DNA from: an uncultured Nitrospiraceae bacterium
Lineage (GTDB): Bacteria > Nitrospirota > Thermodesulfovibrionia > Thermodesulfovibrionales > Dissulfurispiraceae
Assembly (NCBI GenBank): GCA_963705105.1
Contig: CAVPIW010000006.1
Location: 800,001 to 864,000 of the forward strand
Reading direction: 5' to 3'
Length of the DNA stretch: 64,000 bases
Shown piece by piece: positions 57,939-64,000 of this stretch. The notes beneath the pieces are model-generated. The model did no database searches. It was not told the origin of the DNA and saw nothing but the letters and a program-made list of their open reading frames with translations. A program made the translations under genes and the position numbers. Within the stretch, counting starts at the first letter, position 1. Every line of letters begins with the position of its first letter.

Positions 57939-58299
57939 GTAACTAAGTCATTAAGTTATTAAGTTATTAAGTCCATTACCGGCAGTCGGAACAATGCCAT
58001 GAGCGCGCAGACGGGAAGGCTGATGTGGTGAATAGCCTTTCCTCTAAGATACCTTGTTCATCTCCAGACCACCCCTTGCCGTGTCTATTGATACCAAAGC
58101 GCGTCAGGCAACAGGCGCTGAACACCTTGAGATGTCTCATCATCGCATTGGAAAGGCTTTGAACCATATCTGCCTTCCCGGAGACAGCGGTAGTGACACT
58201 CACACTGACACTGTTTTCAGAGCGCTTCGCCTCGCCTTTCCACGCAACGATTAAAGCTAAGATGGTTATTTTGGCCATCTGTGATGGTACAATAAGAAT

Positions 58300-59301
58300 A
58301 TGCAAAGGCAGTATCTCGGCACTCTCGACTACAGGGACCCCCTTTACGAGATTCTTCTGTCCTCGGTCTGTCCCTATGTTCATGACCCGCTTTTCCACGT
58401 CAAACGGATGAACGTCAAGAGGGTCTACAAGTACACCGAGGAAAAATCAGGAATCGCCATCATCGGCAAGTTCTACCGTCTTGACGACCCGAAGCAGGAG
58501 CGTAGCCTGCGCATCAAGGGCGAATATGAAAAGCTCGTCCAGGTCAGACGGTACGGCTTTGACAGGGGTCCCAACTATGTGGTGCGTCCCATTGCAAGGG
58601 AAGAACGCATTGGTCTCGCCCTTGTCGAGGACTACGTCAGGGGAAAAGACCTCGATCATTATGTGAAAAGGGCGATCTATGAAGGCAGGACAAATCGTCT
58701 CAGAGACAGACTATCAAAGCTTGCGGCATTTCTCTATACGCTGCACACGAAAACCGACGGCGGAGAACCGGTACAACCCGATATGACGGAGGCCTATTTC
58801 CGCAAAATCGTCTCGGAGCTCCGGAGGCAGACCGTACTCTGCCATGACGAAAAGAAGAGGTTTCTGGGGCTCATGGACAGATGGCTCCGCAGGGATATCT
58901 TCCAGGGCGCCCCGATCGCCCTCCTGCACGGCGATGCCACACCGACGAATTTCCTTTTCACCGAGAGAAACGACATCGTCGCCATCGATTTCGAGAGGAT
59001 GAAGAAGGGAGACAGCGCCTTCGACATCGGCATGGTCTGCGGCGAACTCAAACACGCCTTTCTCTGGAGGACCGGCGATCCCTTTGCCGCCGAGCCTTTC
59101 ATCCGCCATTTCCTCGACAGCTACGCCGGGTGCTGCATCGATCCGGGGAGTGCCTTCCGGGCGATAACGCGGCGGAACCCTTTTTATATGTCCCTGACGG
59201 AGCTGCGGATCGCGCGAAACGACTACCTCCACTGGGACTACAGGAAGAGGCTCGTCCATGAGGCGAAGGAATGCCTGTCCTGGGGGTTGAAGATCCCTTG
59301 A
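58300..59301 (+). CDS. Aminoglycoside phosphotransferase-family kinase
   Basis: LHGDATPTNF..AIDFER. Confidence 0.85.
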   Translation: MQRQYLGTLDYRDPLYEILLSSVCPYVHDPLFHVKRMNVKRVYKYTEEKSGIAIIGKFYRLDDPKQERSLRIKGEYEKLVQVRRYGFDRGPNYVVRPIAREERIGLALVEDYVRGKDLDHYVKRAIYEGRTNRLRDRLSKLAAFLYTLHTKTDGGEPVQPDMTEAYFRKIVSELRRQTVLCHDEKKRFLGLMDRWLRRDIFQGAPIALLHGDATPTNFLFTERNDIVAIDFERMKKGDSAFDIGMVCGELKHAFLWRTGDPFAAEPFIRHFLDSYAGCCIDPGSAFRAITRRNPFYMSLTELRIARNDYLHWDYRKRLVHEAKECLSWGLKIP

Positions 59302-60020
59302 TCAGGGCGGTGTTCTTCGATATTTACGGCACCCTCATCGACATCCGCACCGATGAGGGGGACCCCTGGGTATACGAGGTGCTTTGCCAGTATCTGGCTT
59401 ACCGCAGGGTGACCATTTCGCCGGATGAACTCAAGAGGGAGTTCTTCGACCGCGTCCGCGATCAGCTCAGGCAGAGTGCCGAAGAGCATCCGGAGGTCGA
59501 TGTCTACCATGTATTCGACGGGATCCTGCGCACGTACGGTTCCGCAAGGTATCCGAAGGCCGTCGTGGAAGACACGGCCATGCTGTTCCGGTCCCTCACC
59601 CGGCGGACCTTCCGACTCTTTCCCGACCTGTTTGATACCCTCGACGTACTGCGCAGCAGCTACAGGACCGCCGTCATCTCCGACGCTCAGTGGGTCTTCA
59701 CGGAGCCTGAAACATCGATCCTCGGAATCGACCGTCGCTTCCCTTTCATGGTGCTCTCGTCGAGGCTGGGGTACAAAAAGCCCGACATGCGGCTTTTCGT
59801 CGCCGCCATGGACAGGCTCGGCGTTAAGGCTTACGAGTCCGTCTATATCGGCGACAACCCGCACAGGGACCTCGTCGGAGCCAAGATGTCGGGGATGCGG
59901 TTCATACTCTTCCGCGGCGACTGCCGCGATTACAACGGATTCAGGCCCGACGCCTGCTTCGGCGAATACAGGGACCTGCCGGCTGTCCTTGAGAAGCTGG
60001 ATGACAAAGCGCCGGTATGA
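59298..60020 (+). CDS. HAD-family hydrolase
   Basis: FFDIYGTL, ISDAQ, KKPD, IGD...D..GA; overlaps the kinase stop. Confidence 0.9.
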   Translation: MIRAVFFDIYGTLIDIRTDEGDPWVYEVLCQYLAYRRVTISPDELKREFFDRVRDQLRQSAEEHPEVDVYHVFDGILRTYGSARYPKAVVEDTAMLFRSLTRRTFRLFPDLFDTLDVLRSSYRTAVISDAQWVFTEPETSILGIDRRFPFMVLSSRLGYKKPDMRLFVAAMDRLGVKAYESVYIGDNPHRDLVGAKMSGMRFILFRGDCRDYNGFRPDACFGEYRDLPAVLEKLDDKAPV

Positions 60021-60036
60021 AGGGACGATGGCAAAA

Positions 60037-60299
60037 CCTTGTTGTTGCATACTCCCTCAGAAAATGCGGGGCGAATGCGCCGAAAAGCATCGGTGCTGCG
60101 AAACCTTTGCCTTCCCATGCAGACTATTTCAGGCAAACGATCGATGTCACAAAGGATGGAATGGCATCGTGTAGGGGCCGTTCCCCGAACGGCCCGACAT
60201 TAATGAACCGGTCTGCTCGGGGAGCAGACCCTACAATGATCAATCTCGTAATCAGCGGGGCTTTGAGGCGTTTTGCCCCGCCTTTTCGTGCAACTGTTG
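60037..60299. repeat. Repeat family R1 copy carrying two facing GTAG REP-like hairpins
   Basis: Termini ccttgttgttgca..gcggggcgaatgcgccgaaaa and gccccgccttttcgtgcaac; gtaggggccgttccccgaacggccc and ggtctgctcggggagcagaccctac. Confidence 0.8.
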
Positions 60300-61028
60300 G
60301 GTAAAGGCATTTTCATAACTGGCACGGACACAGGCGTCGGCAAGACCGTCGTCTCGGCGGTCATCATCAGGTCCCTCATCCGGAAGGGCTTCCGGACCGG
60401 CGCGATGAAGCCTTTCGAAACGGGATGCACGAAACAGGACGACATGCTCTGCCCGGAAGACGGCACTTTCCTCAGGTCCGTTGCCGGAATGGACGACCCC
60501 CTGGAGCTTGTCACCCCTGTCCGGTACGAATTGCCCCTTGCGCCGATGGTCGCCTCGGGCCTCGAAAAAAGAGCCGTCGACCTGTCCGCGGCCTTCTCGG
60601 CCTTTCACACCCTCAGCGGCAGATATGACGCCGTCGTCGTCGAAGGGGTGGGAGGACTCCTCGTCCCCCTGACCCGGCCGACCGCAGGGGCGCCGGCCTA
60701 TTACGTCTCGGACCTTATCCGCAGCCTAGCCCTGCCCGTCATCATCGTCACCCGCCCCACCCTCGGCACGATCAATCACACACTCCTCACCGTGTATCAG
60801 GCGATGAGGGAGGGGCTCGACGTCATCGGCATCATCATCAATGAACATGCCCCGCCGGGGCAGAGCGTCGCGGAAAAGACGAACCCTTCGGTCATCGAGA
60901 AGCTCAGCCCCGTCCCGGTCCTCGGCATTGTGCCCCACCTCCCGGAGGTGACGGAGGACGCCGTCGATGCCGTCGCCGCCCGGCCGACCCTCTTCCTCGA
61001 TCCCGTCTTTCAGGCCTGCCTGAGATGA
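60288..61028 (+). CDS. bioD: Dethiobiotin synthase
   Basis: FITGTDTGVGKT, KPFETG, VEGVGG..VP, LGTINHTLLT; start uncertain. Confidence 0.93.
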   Translation: MQLLGKGIFITGTDTGVGKTVVSAVIIRSLIRKGFRTGAMKPFETGCTKQDDMLCPEDGTFLRSVAGMDDPLELVTPVRYELPLAPMVASGLEKRAVDLSAAFSAFHTLSGRYDAVVVEGVGGLLVPLTRPTAGAPAYYVSDLIRSLALPVIIVTRPTLGTINHTLLTVYQAMREGLDVIGIIINEHAPPGQSVAEKTNPSVIEKLSPVPVLGIVPHLPEVTEDAVDAVAARPTLFLDPVFQACLR

Positions 61029-61672
61029 TGAGTTCGGCACGAGAAATGAAAATCATGACCCGGGAGGAAGTAGCCCATTTGGCGATCTGCAGATACGAGG
61101 GGCCGATTCGCCTGGTTGCGTCGGCCCGGGACTTGGAGCAGGCGATTCATGTGATCCGGGGCGAACAGGTGGTAGGACTGGACACGGAAACGAAGCCCAC
61201 ATTCTTCAAGGGTCAATTTCACCTGCCCTGTCTGGTACAGATTGCCACCGCGTCCGTGGTGTATCTGTTTCAGTTGAAACGGATGGATTTTTCCGGTACG
61301 TTGGTGGAAGTGCTTGAAAATCCGGCACTCATCAAGGCGGGCATCGGGCTGGCTGCCGATTTCTCGAATCTCAGGAAGGTGTTCCCGTTTGAGCCTCAAA
61401 ACATCATTGACCTGAGCCTCGTGGCGCAACGGCAGGGCATCAAGCATTCAAGCGTCCGCAATCTGGCCGGACAACTGCTCGGATTTCGCATCACCAAGGG
61501 CTCCTCCACTTCCAACTGGGCCAGTCCCCGGCTGACACCGAAGCAAATCGCTTACGCCGCTACCGATGCGTGGGTTTGCCGGGAACTCTTCCTGCGTTTT
61601 CAGCAACTCGGGTTCCTCGATTTGGAGGGCCGCCCGCTCTCGAAAAGGACCGCGAACAGGGTCAGCCCTTGA
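61025..61672 (+). CDS. 3'-5' exonuclease (WRN-like DnaQ family)
   Basis: GLDTET, SNW...LT..QI.YAATDAW. Confidence 0.9.
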   Translation: MMSSAREMKIMTREEVAHLAICRYEGPIRLVASARDLEQAIHVIRGEQVVGLDTETKPTFFKGQFHLPCLVQIATASVVYLFQLKRMDFSGTLVEVLENPALIKAGIGLAADFSNLRKVFPFEPQNIIDLSLVAQRQGIKHSSVRNLAGQLLGFRITKGSSTSNWASPRLTPKQIAYAATDAWVCRELFLRFQQLGFLDLEGRPLSKRTANRVSP

Positions 61673-61888
61673 AACTTGACAACGAATCATGCGACGCGTG
61701 CGACAGGGGACAGAAAGGGGACGGCAAAGCGTCAACAGGAAATAGTTGGCCTATCATCAGACGTCAAAGACTGGCCTGCCCCGGACGATGCCGACTATCC
61801 AACGCCTTTGTAGGATACACCGACTTCAAGACTTGGTCGTTTGAAAGTCAGCAAGATCCGGGAGGCAGTGTCCACTCCTCAGTCCATT

Positions 61889-61925
61889 AAAAAAGCAAGC
61901 CCAAGGACGAAACCCCTGGGCTTGC
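61889..61925 (-). terminator. Rho-independent terminator
   Basis: gcaagccca..tgggcttgc hairpin with an A6 tract on the + strand. Confidence 0.7.
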
Positions 61926-62060
61926 ACAATGCGTGAGGCTATTACCACTCAGCAGGCGCTTTGCTCGCGTCTTTTTCTTATCCGGGTTATTCCCAGTCCT
62001 CCAATTGGTACTGGACCGTGAGATTGTAGGTCACTTTCCTGCCGGAGGCGTCTGTGAATC

Positions 62061-63998
62061 TTACGGAATCTTCACCGTTGCTGCACACTTCTGAATCGCG
62101 CCCTTTCCCTGGTTTGAAATGAGTCCCGCTTTCTTCCATTCATTTGTGAAACGGGAGACGCAACGAACAAATTGCCCGTGATTTCCCGCGCTTTTATTGC
62201 ATCGTTCCATGAGATCCATCATCGAGCAACCATTGTCAAAAAGCATATTACTCACTCCGGGCTCACACTCATCAATGATGATGTCGGGACGAGTGTCGGA
62301 ATTCGGGCACTGATCCGAATCTTGCGGAATCTTTCCATCAATACCGGAAGGGCCCGGTCTCTCTCCGAGAAGATCGGCTGCAAGAACGATGTCATCACCG
62401 TCAACATCATTGTCGCCGTCGAGGTCTGCTTTCCCACATTCAAGGGCGCGAATTCTATCGATAACAGGGATATTTGCCGGATTAACTCTGTCGCTGTATC
62501 GCTGCGGAATCGTAAGATCAATTCCCTCGCAATCACGGATAAAGTCGACCTCGTGTGCTACCACGATGCCGTTCTGATCAAAATCAGGATCACAGACATC
62601 ACCGAAGCCGTCCTTGTCACGGTCCTCCTGTTTCGGATTTGATGTATTCTGACAATTATCGGCCACATCAGGAACTCCGTCACCATCGCGATCAGGAAGA
62701 GCAGCATCTTCATCCGAACCGAAAACCCATGTGGCATGAACATGTAATTCTCTCGAATCGGCCCTGTCGACGACCTGCAACGCCAATGATCTGCCGTATG
62801 CAATGTTATCACCCAATAAGACGTCTCTTGGATAATACTCCGCCAATACCCTTACCCTTTCTTCGGGCGTACGCGACCATAGTTCGAGTGCAAAAGGCGG
62901 GGCATCAACCTGAAGGTTCTTGTTCAAGGTGGCGATGCTTCCTCCGACAGGCACAAAACTCTCTCCTGTCAACACGTGTGCTGTCTCTGACAATGATCTT
63001 CCGGGCAGCATTCCGAGGTAAACGACGTTGCCGACAATCGCTATTTTGTCAAATATCATGGAGTCCGGAGGATTGATCCGGGATACCAGCTTTATGAAGA
63101 AGTTCTTACCACATTGGAAGAAACATGCCTCTTCCTCATAGGGAAGGCAGGCGTCGAGCCTGATTTCCGTGCAGAGAGAAGCATCAGGCGGAATTATGTC
63201 GGGAGGGTTATAAATCGTCGGACAGGGATCTTCCGCGTCCGGAAAACCATCGTTGTCATCATCAGTCTCGAATTTGCTGCAATTCAGACCGTCCTTACCA
63301 TCACTATTTACTCCTGCAAAATCATACTTGGGGCTTGTTGTGACTTGGCATAGTGGGTGGTAATAATAGCCAATTACCTGCTGGTTGTTATACGGATCAT
63401 CATCCAAAGAATCCGGACAATTATCTCCGTCTAAATCGTTATCACAGGCGTCACCTACCGTATCATTATCCGTGTCTAACTGATCAGGGTTGGCAACGTG
63501 AGGACAGTTGTCACAGGCATCAGGCATACCGTCACCATCGGAATCGAACTGGCTATAATTCGGATCGTTTGGACACTTGTCATAGAGATCGCAGATGCCG
63601 TCATGATCGGTGTCTCCTCCCATTAAGCCGCCACAGACATTCACGTAAGCCTGACGCTCAGGAATGGTAGTCAGACAGAGATTTCGTATTCGATCTCTTT
63701 GATCGGCGGTGAACCCTTCAACGCGACTTCCGCTTTTAAAAACGTAGGGACCATTGCAGCCTCCGTAGTATGACATTATCAGTGCCGTGTCGGGAGAGTA
63801 AGACGTCGGTGTTGAAAGTGTTTCAGTAACGGATCTGTCGCATTGAACGGTACAAAATCGCTTATAGGGACTATACGGGTCAAGACCCACATCAAAATGA
63901 AACCATTGTATGCACCACTCATGATTGATCACATATGTAGGTTGTTCGCCTGACAGATAGACGTCATAACCGGGTAATGTGTCCGGTTCCAGCGGGCC
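62061..63998 (-). CDS. Thrombospondin type-3 repeat (Ca-binding) extracellular protein, 5' end outside the window
   Basis: Repeated DSDGDG.PD.CDNCP..NP.Q.D.D.D..GD.CD; frame open to the window edge; lower GC. Confidence 0.85.
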   Translation of the reverse strand, partial: GPLEPDTLPGYDVYLSGEQPTYVINHEWCIQWFHFDVGLDPYSPYKRFCTVQCDRSVTETLSTPTSYSPDTALIMSYYGGCNGPYVFKSGSRVEGFTADQRDRIRNLCLTTIPERQAYVNVCGGLMGGDTDHDGICDLYDKCPNDPNYSQFDSDGDGMPDACDNCPHVANPDQLDTDNDTVGDACDNDLDGDNCPDSLDDDPYNNQQVIGYYYHPLCQVTTSPKYDFAGVNSDGKDGLNCSKFETDDDNDGFPDAEDPCPTIYNPPDIIPPDASLCTEIRLDACLPYEEEACFFQCGKNFFIKLVSRINPPDSMIFDKIAIVGNVVYLGMLPGRSLSETAHVLTGESFVPVGGSIATLNKNLQVDAPPFALELWSRTPEERVRVLAEYYPRDVLLGDNIAYGRSLALQVVDRADSRELHVHATWVFGSDEDAALPDRDGDGVPDVADNCQNTSNPKQEDRDKDGFGDVCDPDFDQNGIVVAHEVDFIRDCEGIDLTIPQRYSDRVNPANIPVIDRIRALECGKADLDGDNDVDGDDIVLAADLLGERPGPSGIDGKIPQDSDQCPNSDTRPDIIIDECEPGVSNMLFDNGCSMMDLMERCNKSAGNHGQFVRCVSRFTNEWKKAGLISNQGKGAIQKCAATVKIP

Positions 63999-64000
63999 GG

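Larger units (their letters stand above)
56581..58250. repeat. Repeat family R1 copy interrupted by ISL3
   Basis: gcccgaccgaaaggcggggcgaa left end, ttaagtta 8-mers, right part is the reverse complement of 29970-30046 plus 31331-31520. Confidence 0.8.

Noticed and set aside
58300..59301. Aminoglycoside resistance gene next to ISL3
   Set aside because: Only the generic kinase fold is recognisable, and coupling to a HAD gene suggests metabolism.
1..64000. Genome-wide UGA reassignment (genetic code 4 or 25)
   Set aside because: Many genes end properly at TGA (ATPase, vgrG, pdhA, pdhB, ISL3 transposase) and Trp is encoded by TGG; internal TGAs occur only at Cys-like sites.

Overview
GC-rich bacterial DNA (roughly 60% by eye) from an organism that evidently decodes UGA as selenocysteine. 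The first 26 kb hold a complete extracellular contractile injection system (eCIS, Afp/PVC-like) on the minus strand: cap, sheath, two tubes, LysM initiator, VgrG, PAAR, baseplate, tape measure and AAA ATPase. A sigma-54 promoter and an NtrC-type activator lie upstream, and three DUF4157-family cargo/effector genes lie downstream. Key observation: two of those effector genes appear split in the ORF track, but each is one continuous frame interrupted by a single in-frame TGA at the same homologous position (..KP[T/S]-TGA-x6/7-CGE..), followed by a hairpin. They look like selenoprotein eCIS effectors. Two textbook selenoprotein candidates in the same window (rhodanese-ferritin with Y-U-ASG, thioredoxin with U-x-x-C, both with SECIS-like hairpins) support Sec decoding in this host. 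The rest holds a mycothiol-like four-gene cluster with an unusual CysRS-C-terminal fusion in place of MshC, a YtkA/di-heme peroxidase pair, pdhAB, vapBC, helicases, a two-component module, aas/fadL and bioD. There is also an IS3, an ISL3, and a modular intergenic repeat family into which both IS elements have inserted. Family names come from my motif recognition; no database searches were run.
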